Source: an uncultured Erysipelotrichaceae bacterium
Lineage (GTDB): Bacteria; Bacillota_I; Bacilli_A; RFN20; CAG-826
Assembly: GCA_947166565.1 (NCBI GenBank)
Contig: CAMVEL010000007.1
Location: forward strand, 7,323-71,322
Direction: 5' to 3'
Length of the DNA stretch: 64,000 bases
Under the pieces are notes generated by a model, which worked only from the letters and a program-made list of their open reading frames with translations, was not told the origin of the DNA and did not search any database. The position numbers and the translations under genes are program-made. Within the stretch, counting starts at the first letter, position 1; each line of letters starts with the position of its first letter. This document shows, one piece after another, positions 9,315 through 22,834 of the stretch.

Positions 9315-12044
9315 TTAGGCCACCTCGTCTGGGGTGACCACTTCTTCAACGGCTTCTTCCTCGCCTTCGGATTCGATGACATCGTCATTATCGACGGTGC
9401 CTTCTTCGAATTCGTCTTCATCGCTCACATCAGAATGCGGGATGATGGCAACCGAAGCAACCCTGGCGCTATCTTCGACGGAGATGATCTTGACGCCCAT
9501 GGTATTGCGGGAAGCGATCTTGACCTCGGATAGAGGTGTGCGGATAACGATGCCCTTTGTCGTGACGACAAGAAGGTCTTCGTCGCCGTTGACGGCCCTG
9601 ACGATAACGAGCTTGCCGGTTTTTGGAGAAGCTTTGACGGTAATAACGCCTTTGGCACCACGTTTGGTGAGGCGGTATCCATCATAATGGCGGCCATCCT
9701 CGGTATCGGTGTCTTTGGCGTAGGAGATTTTTCCATAGCCGCGGTTAGTGAGGACAAGGATCTTGTCGCCTTCGCCTTGGACGGCGATGCCAACGATTTC
9801 GGAACCGTCGCCAAGATCCATGCCACGGACGCCGGCGGCGGTACGACCCATCGCACGGACGTCTTCTTCATGGAAGCTGACGAGTTTGCCGTTGCTTGAA
9901 GCAAGGGCGACGATATCGTTGCCGCAGGTACGTTTGACGTCGAAGAGGTCATCGCCTTCGCGTAGACCAACAGCGATCTTACCATTGGAATGGATGGAGG
10001 CGAATTCCTTTAAGGACGTGCGTTTGACGATACCATTCTTCGTAACAAAGAAGAGGTAGTTGTCTTCTGGATAATCTTCGCATGGCATGATGGCGACGAC
10101 TTTCTCATCCTTATCGAGGTTGAGGAAGTTTTGGGCCGGGACGCCTTTTCCTGTCCTACCAGAATCTGGAATCTGGTGGCCGCGTAAGCGATAAACCTTG
10201 CCCAAAGATGAGAAGAAGAGGATGTCGGTATGGGTCTTCGTGTGCTTAATGAGCCTCACGATGTCGTTGCCGACGGTCTTCATGCCGGTGACGCCGACAC
10301 CGCCGCGGTGTTGGGCGGAGAAGGTGTCGTCATCGACCCTTTTGATATAACCGTTCTTGGTAAGGGCGATGATGATGTTCTTTTGTGGGATGAGGTCCTC
10401 GTTTTCGATATCGGCGGCCGCATCGGAAATCTCCGTACGTCTCCTATCGCCAAAGCGAGATTTGATTTCCTCAAGCTCGACGATCATCTGGTCGATGATG
10501 TTGTCCCTGGAGGAAAGGAGACGGTTGTATTCGGCGATGTTCGCTTCAAGAGTGCTCTTTTCGGCGTTGAGTTTGTCTTGCTCCATACCTTGCAAACGGC
10601 GGAGGGTCATCGCAAGGATCGCGTCGCATTGAGGTTGGGTCAATCCGAATCTCCCATTCAAACGTAGCGAGGATTCCTCATCGTTTTTCGAGTCACGGAT
10701 GATGTGAATGACTTCGTCGATGTTATCGTGAGCAAGGATCAAGCCTTCGACGATGTGGAGGCGATCGGTGTCTTTCTTAAGGAGGAATTTGGTCCTTCTG
10801 GTAATAACGGAGACCTGGAATTCAACGTAGTCCTTAAGGAGAGGGATGATGCCCAAGGTCTTTGGGGCCCCATCTTCAAGGCAGAGGTTGATGATACCGA
10901 AATTGCATTGAAGGGCGGTATGCTTAAGCAAATTGTTCGCGACGACTTCGGGAATGGTGTCTTTCCTGATGTCAATTACGACACGGATCTCGCCTTTTGA
11001 TGATTCGTCGCGGATACCGGTGATGCCATCAATGACCTTATCGCGGACCAATTGACCAATGTTTTCGACAAGGGCCGATTTGTTGACTTGATAAGGGATT
11101 TCGGTGACGATGATTTGGGATTTGCCGTTATCAAGGTCATCGATATGGTATTTGGCGCGGACCGTGACGGTGCCGGTTCCGGTGGTATAGGCATCGAGGA
11201 TTCCCTGTCTTCCAAGGATAATACCGCCGCCTGGGAAATCCGGACCAAAGAGGTATTCGGTCATGATTTCCTGAGGGGTGATTTCGGGATTCTTGGCAAC
11301 CGCGATGGTCGCGTTGATCGCCTCAGTTAGGTTATGTGGAGCCATGTTGGTGGCCATACCGACCGCGATACCCTGGGACCCATTGACGAGGAGATCAGGG
11401 AAGCGAGATGGCAAAACCTCTGGTTCGACTTCGGTGCCGTCGTAGTTAGGCATGAAGTTGACGGTATCCTTATCGATATCGCGAACCATTTCGAGGGAGA
11501 GCTTGTTCATCCTGGCCTCGGTATAACGCATAGCCGCGGGTTCATCGCCGTCGATGGAACCGAAGTTTCCGTGTCCATCAACAAGGGGATAACGCAACGA
11601 GAAATTCTGCGCCATACGGGCAAGCGTTCCATATAGGGCGGAGTCGCCGTGGGGGTGATATTTACCCATGACGTCACCAACGATACGAGCGCATTTCTTA
11701 TGTGGCTTATTCGGAGTGATGCCGGCTTCGTTCATGCCATAGATAATTCTGCGTTGGACTGGTTTCAAACCATCGCGAACATCGGGGATTGCACGGGAAA
11801 CGATGACGGACATAGAGTAATCAAGGAAGGCGGTTCGGACTTCTTTGACGACATCCCTATCAATCATCTCGGGGATGATTCCGCTTTTAGCCGCCTCTTC
11901 GCCAAACATCGCATCCGCGCTTTGGGCGCCTTCGCGATTGCCGGCGACGACCGTGATGCCCTCACGGTTTTCTTCGGTTTCGGATTCTTCTTCGTTTTCC
12001 TCAGCTTCTTCTTCGAGGATATCTTTTTCTTCTTCGTTAATCAT
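9315..12044 (-). CDS. gyrA: DNA gyrase subunit A
   Basis: 909 aa with the motifs [30 protein letters not shown] and HPHGDSALY. The ATG at 12044 is preceded by AGGAGGG at 8 nt. The protein carries an acidic N-terminal extension of about 45-60 aa and an acidic C-terminal tail. Confidence 0.97.
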   Translation of the reverse strand: MINEEEKDILEEEAEENEEESETEENREGITVVAGNREGAQSADAMFGEEAAKSGIIPEMIDRDVVKEVRTAFLDYSMSVIVSRAIPDVRDGLKPVQRRIIYGMNEAGITPNKPHKKCARIVGDVMGKYHPHGDSALYGTLARMAQNFSLRYPLVDGHGNFGSIDGDEPAAMRYTEARMNKLSLEMVRDIDKDTVNFMPNYDGTEVEPEVLPSRFPDLLVNGSQGIAVGMATNMAPHNLTEAINATIAVAKNPEITPQEIMTEYLFGPDFPGGGIILGRQGILDAYTTGTGTVTVRAKYHIDDLDNGKSQIIVTEIPYQVNKSALVENIGQLVRDKVIDGITGIRDESSKGEIRVVIDIRKDTIPEVVANNLLKHTALQCNFGIINLCLEDGAPKTLGIIPLLKDYVEFQVSVITRRTKFLLKKDTDRLHIVEGLILAHDNIDEVIHIIRDSKNDEESSLRLNGRFGLTQPQCDAILAMTLRRLQGMEQDKLNAEKSTLEANIAEYNRLLSSRDNIIDQMIVELEEIKSRFGDRRRTEISDAAADIENEDLIPQKNIIIALTKNGYIKRVDDDTFSAQHRGGVGVTGMKTVGNDIVRLIKHTKTHTDILFFSSLGKVYRLRGHQIPDSGRTGKGVPAQNFLNLDKDEKVVAIMPCEDYPEDNYLFFVTKNGIVKRTSLKEFASIHSNGKIAVGLREGDDLFDVKRTCGNDIVALASSNGKLVSFHEEDVRAMGRTAAGVRGMDLGDGSEIVGIAVQGEGDKILVLTNRGYGKISYAKDTDTEDGRHYDGYRLTKRGAKGVITVKASPKTGKLVIVRAVNGDEDLLVVTTKGIVIRTPLSEVKIASRNTMGVKIISVEDSARVASVAIIPHSDVSDEDEFEEGTVDNDDVIESEGEEEAVEEVVTPDEVA

Positions 12045-12065
12045 TCGAAAATCCCTCCTTTTTCA

Positions 12066-15212
<3,147 letters not shown>

Positions 15213-15216
<4 letters not shown>

Positions 15217-15431
15217 CTGGTAACCTCGAATCTTTGACCAAGGACCTCGACGATTTCTCCTCCTCGGAGTTTTCTACCCCTACGGTTGTCGAGCTCACCA
15301 TCGATGAGGACTTCGTTCTTTTGAAGGAAGAACTTCGCCTCGGCTCCGTTATCGATTATTGAAACGAATTTGAGGAATTGACCGAGGGTTATGTATTCGG
15401 TCGTGATTTTCACCTTCTTGATTCCGTCCAT
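15213..15431 (-). CDS. yaaA: S4-domain RNA-binding protein YaaA
   Basis: 72 aa (ITLGQFLKF...DNRRGRKLRGGEIVE), matching the B. subtilis YaaA pattern and the dnaN-yaaA-recF synteny. Confidence 0.8.
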
Positions 15432-15475
15432 AAAAGGCCCTTTCTAAGACACGGATATAGTTTACTACATAGTAG

Positions 15476-15502
15476 TAAAAAGCGCTAGGGTTTTCCTAAC
15501 GC
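15476..15502 (-). terminator. Rho-independent terminator after dnaN
   Basis: The minus strand reads GCGTTAGG-aaaa-CCTAGCGC followed by TTTTT. The stem pairs better on the minus-strand RNA, where it has a G-U wobble instead of a C-A mismatch. Confidence 0.65.
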
Positions 15503-15546
15503 TTTTTTAACTTTTTTTCTTTGGATTTTTTTAGGCTCGAGAAGGC

Positions 15547-16668
15547 TTAATAAGCATGCATTGGAGTGATTAATTCAATGGCCGAATCATCTTTGGGGTC
15601 TTTGACGACGAAAGGCCTCATTTCGGCTTGGAAGCAAATCGTGACATCCTCGGTTTTTAGAGCTTTGATGGCATCGATGACGAAAAGGGAATTGAAGGTA
15701 ACTTCCAATCTTTCGCCTTCATAGGAGAATGTTTTGATTGGCTCGTTGCCAGATCCATGGCGGTCGCTCTTAACGGAGACTTCGACATGGTCTTCGCTCA
15801 TGGAAAGTTTAACCGCGTATTCCTTATCGGCCGAAAGAACGGCGATACGGCCCATGGCGTTTAGCAATTCTTGGGAATTGACTTGGAGTTTGTAGTTGCA
15901 AACGGTTGGGATAATCGAACGGGTGACTGGATAATCTCCAGGGATAAGCCTTGTAGAAACAACGTTGCCATCGAACATAAAGAGGGCTTTCTTATCCGAG
16001 ATGAAGATCCTCGTTTCCAAGGCACCTTCCATCAAACGGACGATATCTGTGAGAATCCTAGCGGGGATATTCGTGCGGAAGGAAACGTCGCTATCGATCT
16101 TCACTGATTTCCTAGCAAGCCTCGCAGAATCCGTTGCGGTCGCGGTCAAAACACCGTCTTTGGCCTCCAAATTCAAAGCCGTTAAAATGGCCCTTTGTTC
16201 TTTGCCGGAGGCGGCGAAGGCGCTTTGGGAAACCAAATCCGCAAGTACGTTGCAAGGGATGGTGAGTTCGGTTCCGCTCGGTTCTAAGTCGATGTCTGGG
16301 TATTCGTCCGCGGAAGCGCAATTGATTCTGAATAGAGAATGCCCGTCTTCTATTTTCGCGACTGCGTTATCGACGATATCGAGGAAAACCATTTCCCCTT
16401 CCATTCTTCTGACGATTTCGGTCATCATGCGGGCGTCTACCATCGCGGAGCCACGAACCGCATTAGTAATAATCGTGCGGTCGCCTAATATGTAGGGAAC
16501 CGTTGAACGGATCGTTATTTCGTTATTGGATCCAGTAACTTCCATACCGCGTTCAGTTAGATCCAATTTAAAATTCGAAAGGACGGCTACCGGATTCTTT
16601 GGGGCGATAGCGTGGTAGGCGTTTGTTAGCGCCGCGAGGAAACGTTCTTTGTTAATCGTTAGACGCAT
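15547..16668 (-). CDS. dnaN: DNA polymerase III beta sliding clamp
   Basis: 373 aa with a typical three-domain beta-clamp sequence, located immediately downstream of dnaA. Confidence 0.93.
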   Translation of the reverse strand: MRLTINKERFLAALTNAYHAIAPKNPVAVLSNFKLDLTERGMEVTGSNNEITIRSTVPYILGDRTIITNAVRGSAMVDARMMTEIVRRMEGEMVFLDIVDNAVAKIEDGHSLFRINCASADEYPDIDLEPSGTELTIPCNVLADLVSQSAFAASGKEQRAILTALNLEAKDGVLTATATDSARLARKSVKIDSDVSFRTNIPARILTDIVRLMEGALETRIFISDKKALFMFDGNVVSTRLIPGDYPVTRSIIPTVCNYKLQVNSQELLNAMGRIAVLSADKEYAVKLSMSEDHVEVSVKSDRHGSGNEPIKTFSYEGERLEVTFNSLFVIDAIKALKTEDVTICFQAEMRPFVVKDPKDDSAIELITPMHAY

Positions 16669-16809
16669 AATTAATTCCTTTCATTCAAATTCTTTTTTCT
16701 TTTAATAGAGTTAAGCGGTGTGGATTGTGTGGATAACTCGCCGTTTGGCTGTTCCTTATGATACCACCTTCCGCATTGGATTCATATCCTTTTATTTAAT
16801 AAATAAACC
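16669..16809 (-). other. oriC, dnaA-dnaN intergenic part (two tandem DnaA boxes + AT-rich candidate unwinding element)
   Basis: In gene orientation the sequence is GTTATCCACAcAATCCACAccgc followed by ttaactctattaaaagaaaaaagaatttgaat. There is a perfect TTATCCACA box at 16728-16736 (plus strand TGTGGATAA) and a second box at 16719-16726. The layout resembles B. subtilis incC. Confidence 0.7.
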
Positions 16810-18177
16810 TTATTTGGATAATTTGTTTTTTATCTCGTTTATGGCTGTCCCCATATCCGGGTCGTTTTTCAACTCTCTTTCCACTTTCGAGATACCGCTC
16901 AAGACGGTGGAATGATCCTTACCGCCAAATGCTTGACCTATCTTAATCAAGGGTGTTCCGAGCATTTCCCTATCGAGATACATAGCGATATGACGGGCCA
17001 TGGCCACGCGGCTTGTGCGTATCTTGCCGGTGATTTGGGATGGGGTTAATGAATAGTAATTAGCCACTGCAGCAATAATCTTGTTTTCCGTCAATTCATC
17101 CTGGCTTTCGTGAGCTTCTATCAAAGACCTTATAGCTTCCGAAACGACGCTCATGGTGATGTGCTTTGTTGGCTTGATGTTGATCGTGTAGAAGACCAAT
17201 CTCGTTAATGCACCCTCGAGATCCCTTACGTTGGAACAGAACTTCCTAGCGAGGAAGGAAATGACTTCTTCATCGAAGTCCTTTACGTCTAACCCATGCA
17301 TGGGTATCTTCGATTTCAATATGTTCTCACTAGTTTCAAGATCCGGTTTATCAATGCTTAGGACTAAGCCCTGCGAGAACCTCGATTTGAGTCTTTCGTC
17401 AATTCCGTCTAGATTATTTGGATGCTGATCGGAGGTAATGACAACCTGCTTGTTCGCGTTGATCAACGTTTGGAAAGCATCGAAGAACATTTCCATCGTT
17501 TTGGCTTTCTGCTTCAATAGTTGAATATCGTCAATCAAAAACAAATCAACGTCTTTTCTAAAGAAATCCGTGAAGGATTTAACGCCCTTATAACCGGTCG
17601 CGTATTTCACGTATTCGTTGATGAAATCCGAAGTGGAAAGGAAGAGGACCCTGGCTCCCGGGTTTTTCTCTCTAACAGCATTGCCGATCGCTTGCAAAAG
17701 GTGGGTTTTGCCTAAACCTGGGCCAGAGTATAGAAGCAAAGGGTTATAAAGCTGACCCGGCGTGGAAGCGATCATCAAAGACGCTTGATAAGCCTCTCTA
17801 TTCGATGGTCCGACAATAAAATTGTCGAAAGTGAACTGTTTATTTAAATGCGAAGAAGTGAAATATTGAGGAATCGAATCGTCTTTTGCTTCTTGGGTTT
17901 GACTTGAAGAGGAAGAAGCCACGAATTCAGCGTGGAAATCGGTTCCGGTGACATTATGGAGAACCTCGTCGATGGTTTCCGAGAATTTAGATTTCAAAAC
18001 GGCTGCCGCAACGGGAGTTGAAACGTTTACCGTAATAACATTATTATCTACGCGTGTGGCGTCCGTGCCTGCGAAAAAGCTATCGAAAATCCTTTGTTCG
18101 ATTTTGCCTTTTAATTCCTTCAGGGTCAGTTCCCAGATTGCCTTAAGTTCAGAAATGGTTTCATTCATAATATTCAC
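16810..18177 (-). CDS. dnaA: Chromosomal replication initiator protein DnaA
   Basis: 455 aa with the AAA+ Walker A GPGLGKTHLLQAIG, Walker B LFLIDDIQ, and a C-terminal DnaA-box binding domain (MARHIAMYL...GGKDHSTVL). Confidence 0.97.
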   Translation of the reverse strand: MNIMNETISELKAIWELTLKELKGKIEQRIFDSFFAGTDATRVDNNVITVNVSTPVAAAVLKSKFSETIDEVLHNVTGTDFHAEFVASSSSSQTQEAKDDSIPQYFTSSHLNKQFTFDNFIVGPSNREAYQASLMIASTPGQLYNPLLLYSGPGLGKTHLLQAIGNAVREKNPGARVLFLSTSDFINEYVKYATGYKGVKSFTDFFRKDVDLFLIDDIQLLKQKAKTMEMFFDAFQTLINANKQVVITSDQHPNNLDGIDERLKSRFSQGLVLSIDKPDLETSENILKSKIPMHGLDVKDFDEEVISFLARKFCSNVRDLEGALTRLVFYTINIKPTKHITMSVVSEAIRSLIEAHESQDELTENKIIAAVANYYSLTPSQITGKIRTSRVAMARHIAMYLDREMLGTPLIKIGQAFGGKDHSTVLSGISKVERELKNDPDMGTAINEIKNKLSK

Positions 18178-18591
18178 CTCCGGTATTTTGACATTTCCAC
18201 AATAAAAAGCAACTAAAATTTTAACATCATTGATTTTTCCACAATTTAACTTATATTCGGCAAAAAATGGCCTATTTATGGAGTTTTCAACTTTTCCACA
18301 TTGTGGATTAAATGTGGTAAAAATTACCCATATTCAAACCGTTGTGGAAAACTTATTTTTGCTAGGTGTTGCCAACATAGAAAACAGCTTCTTTTACATG
18401 CTGCAAAACGAAGAAATTAGACATTTCCCACAATTATCAACAAAATGCAATCAACATGGCTGTGGGAACGCTGTTTCGAAGAGGTTTTTTGGATGGAAAA
18501 CGAGGATAAAAACAATGGGGATATTTTTTGTTAATCTTTCGGATTTCCCATCTCCAAATTCTTTCGATGCCGAAATTGGTGTTTTTTGGTG
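18178..18591. other. oriC, dnaA-upstream DnaA-box cluster
   Basis: One-mismatch DnaA boxes: TTTTCCACA at 18235-18243 and 18292-18300, TGTGGATTA at 18302-18310 and TGTGGAAAA at 18343-18351. Weaker boxes lie at 18193-18201 and 18434-18442. The background is AT-rich, between the divergent dnaA and rpmH genes. Confidence 0.75.
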
Positions 18592-18620
18592 TTGTTTGCC
18601 CGCGGTCGCGCCCGTATAAT
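18592..18620 (+). promoter_or_regulatory. Sigma-70-type promoter of rpmH-rnpA-yidC-jag
   Basis: TTGTTT (18592-18597), 17-nt spacer, TATAAT (18615-18620), about 30 nt upstream of the rpmH SD (aaaggagag). Confidence 0.6.
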
Positions 18621-18652
18621 ATGCAACGCATCTCAGAAAGGAGAGATTAGCC

Positions 18653-18790
18653 ATGGGAAAGAAAACATACCAACCCTCCAAAGTGAAACACGCTCACAAA
18701 GCCGGATTCCGTGCTCGCATGAAAACTCATTCCGGTAGAAAGATCTTGGCCAAACGTCGCGCCAAGGGACGCGTTCGCCTCGCCGCCTAA
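18653..18790 (+). CDS. rpmH: 50S ribosomal protein L34
   Basis: Too short for the ORF track. Translates to [45 protein letters not shown], with an upstream SD. Confidence 0.93.
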   Translation: MGKKTYQPSKVKHAHKAGFRARMKTHSGRKILAKRRAKGRVRLAA

Positions 18791-18802
18791 GGCGTTTTCC
18801 TT

Positions 18803-19150
18803 TTGCCTATGAAGCGAGAACTCAGGGTTAGAAAACACCAAGAATTCGATCGCATCATAAAAGGCGGGAAGAAGATCAAATCCCCCCATTTCAGCTTTTA
18901 TTACGTCGAGGCAGACCCTGCCCAAAAACACTCAAGAATCGGATTGGCCGTATCTAAAGCCAACGGGAAAGCCATCAAAAGAACCCGTATAAAAAGACAA
19001 GTACGCGCCATGCTCACTAAGCGAAATGATTATGGGGATCCGATCGATCTCATCATCGTGATTCGCCCTTCCTACTCGGAAGAGGCGTTTCACGGAAACG
19101 AGGCCGAATTGAACGAATGCCTCAACAAAATCAAGGAATTACTACATTGA
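18803..19150 (+). CDS. rnpA: Ribonuclease P protein component
   Basis: 115 aa, basic (RIGLAVSKANGKAIKRTRIKRQVRAM), directly after rpmH. Confidence 0.9.
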   Translation: MPMKRELRVRKHQEFDRIIKGGKKIKSPHFSFYYVEADPAQKHSRIGLAVSKANGKAIKRTRIKRQVRAMLTKRNDYGDPIDLIIVIRPSYSEEAFHGNEAELNECLNKIKELLH

Positions 19151-20829
19151 AACACTCATCGCATAAAAAGTTGTTTGGGGTCCTTGGCATTGGCTTAGGT
19201 CTGATACTTCTTTCAGGTTGCACCGCGAATTTCTGCTCGGAAGATGATAAAGCCCAAATGGCTTATCCTTATGAACAAGGGGTTACGGTTTACTGCACCA
19301 AGGAAGAATATGATTCTTTTAAGGAAGCCAACAAAGAGCTCATTGCCCTAGAGGAAACCCAGAACATCGCCGGTAAGGCAATCGATGGCAACGATAACGT
19401 TTATAGCTATGTCCCTTATAAGGTAGATAGCAACGGGCGTGCCATTTTTTCCGCCGCCAAAGCGAAGAATCTTCAAGATGCCGTTTTGGAAAACGCCTAT
19501 AAATCCGGATATAACCTACCATCTGTAAAATATTGGGCGGAAATAGATAAATACGTTCTTGAAGCGGCTATGTATATGGCAGAACTTCAACAAAATAACG
19601 TTGTTCCGAAATTTAACGTTGAAGATGCAACGAATGTCGCGACCCCCGCTTTTAAAGCCGCGGTCGTCGTTGCCGATCCAACCGAATCCAAATGGTCTAT
19701 TAACCCATATACCAAATCAGATTCGGATATTATCAACGATGAATCGGCGATTCTTCGCAAATCCGTACTCCGTAATTTCGGCCATGTTAAATTCTCCGGG
19801 AAGGATTCCAAATTCTTCGAAAACATCAAATTCTGGAGAAATAAGCTCTATGGCGATTTAGGAAGGGATAACGTTCCCACCGAAGATTTCCAAACACTAT
19901 ATGTGAATACAATCGGGAATCGAGTTCAAAACAACCGTTCCTGCATCGCGACCAAAGACGGCTATTATGGCCATTATGGAACGAACGCGAACTGGGAAGT
20001 TGCGATTTCTAGGAAAGACTGGGGATATGCCTGGAGCAAAGGGTTCCTTGAAGGCTTGTTGATTTTCCCTGTTTCCTGGTTAGTCGATACCTTCGCTTTC
20101 TCCTTCGATGCCAATTTGACTGGATTCGGTCAGATTTGGGCGTTGATTCTTGTTACCCTTATCGTTCGTCTTTTGTTGCTTGGAATCGGATTCCGCTCCA
20201 CCTTATCGCAGCAGAAGATGCAGGCCTTAAAACCTGAATTGGATAAGATTCAAGCCAAATATCCTAACGCGAATACCAACCAAGCCGAAAAAGCACGCCT
20301 AGGACAAGAACAGATGGCCCTTTATCGCCGCAACGGCATTCACCCGTTTGGATCGATGCTTATCATGATTGTCCAATTCCCTGTCTTTATCTGCGTGTGG
20401 GCTGGTTTACAAGGTTCCGCCGCATTATCCACAGGCCAAATCTTCAATATGCGTCTATCCGATAACATCAACAACATCCTCTTTAACGTCAGTGGGGCGT
20501 GGTATACGAACGTCAATGGCTGGTGGACGGCTCTTGTCCTCTTCATCTTGATGGCTACGGTCCAGATTTTCTCGATCATCTTGCCGCGCATCATTCAAAA
20601 GAGGGCCTCCAAGAAAGTTGCGAAGACAAGCGTGAATCCTAACGCTAACGATCAACAAAGACAAATGAGGCTCATTTCCTACATGATGGTTGGCTTCACG
20701 GTTATCATGGGCTTTATGTTACCGTCCGCTATGGGCGTCTATTGGTTAATTTCTGGTCTTATCTCCATGATTCAAACCCTTATCATGCAGACATTGCTAG
20801 CTAGAAAACCAAAGCAAAGGAGAAAATAG
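19117..20829 (+). CDS. yidC: Membrane protein insertase YidC, lipoprotein form with an unusually large N-terminal extracytoplasmic domain
   Basis: Lipobox LILLSGC near the N-terminus. The C-terminal 60KD_IMP core carries about 5 TM segments (PELDKIQAKY...QMALYRRNGIHPFGSM...MGVYWLISGLISMIQT) and a basic tail. The start may instead be TTG 19147, which would avoid the 34-nt overlap with rnpA. Confidence 0.85.
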   Translation: MPQQNQGITTLKHSSHKKLFGVLGIGLGLILLSGCTANFCSEDDKAQMAYPYEQGVTVYCTKEEYDSFKEANKELIALEETQNIAGKAIDGNDNVYSYVPYKVDSNGRAIFSAAKAKNLQDAVLENAYKSGYNLPSVKYWAEIDKYVLEAAMYMAELQQNNVVPKFNVEDATNVATPAFKAAVVVADPTESKWSINPYTKSDSDIINDESAILRKSVLRNFGHVKFSGKDSKFFENIKFWRNKLYGDLGRDNVPTEDFQTLYVNTIGNRVQNNRSCIATKDGYYGHYGTNANWEVAISRKDWGYAWSKGFLEGLLIFPVSWLVDTFAFSFDANLTGFGQIWALILVTLIVRLLLLGIGFRSTLSQQKMQALKPELDKIQAKYPNANTNQAEKARLGQEQMALYRRNGIHPFGSMLIMIVQFPVFICVWAGLQGSAALSTGQIFNMRLSDNINNILFNVSGAWYTNVNGWWTALVLFILMATVQIFSIILPRIIQKRASKKVAKTSVNPNANDQQRQMRLISYMMVGFTVIMGFMLPSAMGVYWLISGLISMIQTLIMQTLLARKPKQRRK

Positions 20830-20832
20830 TAT

Positions 20833-21438
20833 ATGAAAGAGTTTACAGCCAAAACGGTTGAAGAAGCTGTCAAAAACGCTTGCGAAGAACTCGGTGTTTC
20901 TGAAAATCACCTCGTCTATCAAATCAAAGAGGAAAAGAAATCCCTCTTCAAAAAAGCTGCTACCATCGCCGTTTACGATATCGAAGACGCGAGGATTTAT
21001 GCGGAAGAATACCTCAAAAACGCCATCACCCCTATGGGAATTGACGTTGAGACCTCTTCCATCGTCGAAGACGAAATCATTAAGGTCGTCCTTGATTCCG
21101 ACCATAACCCAATTCTTATCGGAAAAGGCGGAAGAACGCTACAGGCCCTCAACGAATTGACCAAACTCGCCGTTTCCAACAAGTTCCGTAAGAGATATCG
21201 TGTTCTCCTTGATGTCGCTGATTACAAGACCGACAAATACGAAAAAGTCACCCGCATCGCCATCAGGGTTGCCAAAGAAGTCCGCCGCACCAAAGTTGAT
21301 GCCGAACTTGATCCGATGACTCCAGACGAAAGACGCGTGGTTCACAACGCTCTTTCCTCCTTCAGAGGCGTCAGGACCGAATCCATTGGCGAAGGCAACA
21401 ATCGCCACGTCTGTGTCCGTTACGACGGAGACCGCTAA
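20833..21438 (+). CDS. khpB: Jag/KhpB RNA-binding protein (Jag_N + KH + R3H)
   Basis: 201 aa with the KH GXXG motif (LIGKGGRTLQAL) and R3H motif (ERRVVHNAL), located downstream of yidC. Confidence 0.85.
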   Translation: MKEFTAKTVEEAVKNACEELGVSENHLVYQIKEEKKSLFKKAATIAVYDIEDARIYAEEYLKNAITPMGIDVETSSIVEDEIIKVVLDSDHNPILIGKGGRTLQALNELTKLAVSNKFRKRYRVLLDVADYKTDKYEKVTRIAIRVAKEVRRTKVDAELDPMTPDERRVVHNALSSFRGVRTESIGEGNNRHVCVRYDGDR

Positions 21439-21444
21439 ATAATC

Positions 21445-21477
21445 CCCTTTGGATTGATGAAGTCCAAAGGGTTTTTT
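21445..21477 (+). terminator. Rho-independent terminator after jag
   Basis: CCCTTTGGA-ttgatgaag-TCCAAAGGG followed by TTTTTT. Confidence 0.8.
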
Positions 21478-21507
21478 CTTGATTGAATCGCGTATAATTT
21501 ACCTGCT

Positions 21508-22830
21508 ATGGAACCTATCATCGCTTTAGCTACACCCCCATTAAAAAGTGCGCTTGCCCTAATTCGTCTTTCTGGTGATGGGGTTTTTGAAGCGGTTGCT
21601 AAATCTATGCGTAAAGACCCGGAAAACTTTTCTAAAAAGAAGATATGGGTTGGCTATTTGTACCATGAAGAGGAAATCATAGACGAAGTCGTTGCCTTCG
21701 TTTACCCTGCTCCAAATTCCTTTACGGGAGAGGACGTGGTCGAGATTTCGTCACATGGATCGATGATCATCGTTAAAGAGATCCTCACGCATTTCTATGC
21801 GCTCGGCATCAGACAAGCCGTTAACGGAGAGTTCTCTTCGCGCGCGTTTTATAATGGTAAGGTTGATTTGGTCGAAGCCGAAGCGATCAACGACATGATT
21901 AACGCGACTACGAAGGAATCTAAGAACTTGGCCCTTCTTTCCCTAAAGGGAGACACCTGTAAACTAATATTCCCTATCTTAAATTGGATAGATGAGACTT
22001 TGGCTACGCTTGAAGTGAATATAGATTATCCGGAATACACCGATATTGAAGAAACCAATTTCAAAGAAATCAAAGCCCAAATAGAAGAGAAAATATCCGA
22101 TCTTAAAAAACTCATAAAAGAAGGCAATCAAGGCAAAATAATAAGAAACGGTATCAAAATTGCTCTTATTGGAGAACCAAACGTTGGGAAGAGTTCGCTT
22201 CTCAATGCTTTGCTAAACGAAGACAAGGCAATCGTTTCCCATATTCCCGGCACCACAAGAGATGTTGTTGAAGGAGATCTTTCCTTAAACGGGATACCTT
22301 TGCACCTTCTTGATACCGCAGGTATCAGGGAATCTGATGATTACGTCGAGACCCTTGGTATTTTAAAAAGCCGCAAATCCATTGAGGAGGCCGATTTGAT
22401 TATTTGGCTAAGCGATGCCTCCAATAAAGAAGAAAACCAAAAGGCCTTTGAAGAGGTTTGCAAGGGTAAAAAACTAATACATGTCTTCAACAAATCCGAT
22501 TTAATTGAAGGAAAAGATGACGGGAAATTATATGTTTCCGCAGCCAAGAACGACATCGAGCCTTTGAAGAAGGCCATTATCGATATCCTCGGCCTTGATG
22601 ATAGCTCTTTCGAAACGCCAAGTTTCTCTAACGCTAGGGAGCTTTCTCTTTTGGAGAAAATCAAAATAACTTTGGAAGAATGCAAAGACTCTATTGAGAA
22701 TGGAATGACAAGCGATTTGATTTCCGCTTCGTTGCAAGAAGCGAGACTATACGGGAAAGAACTTATCGGTCAGGATGTATCCATGGATTTAAGCGATGAG
22801 ATTTTTTCTCGCTTCTGCGTAGGAAAATAA
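21508..22830 (+). CDS. mnmE: tRNA modification GTPase MnmE
   Basis: 440 aa with G1 GEPNVGKSSLLN, G3 DTAGIR and the C-terminal CVGK motif. No SD; TATAAT lies 9 nt upstream of the ATG. Confidence 0.93.
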   Translation: MEPIIALATPPLKSALALIRLSGDGVFEAVAKSMRKDPENFSKKKIWVGYLYHEEEIIDEVVAFVYPAPNSFTGEDVVEISSHGSMIIVKEILTHFYALGIRQAVNGEFSSRAFYNGKVDLVEAEAINDMINATTKESKNLALLSLKGDTCKLIFPILNWIDETLATLEVNIDYPEYTDIEETNFKEIKAQIEEKISDLKKLIKEGNQGKIIRNGIKIALIGEPNVGKSSLLNALLNEDKAIVSHIPGTTRDVVEGDLSLNGIPLHLLDTAGIRESDDYVETLGILKSRKSIEEADLIIWLSDASNKEENQKAFEEVCKGKKLIHVFNKSDLIEGKDDGKLYVSAAKNDIEPLKKAIIDILGLDDSSFETPSFSNARELSLLEKIKITLEECKDSIENGMTSDLISASLQEARLYGKELIGQDVSMDLSDEIFSRFCVGK

Positions 22831-22834
22831 AGAG

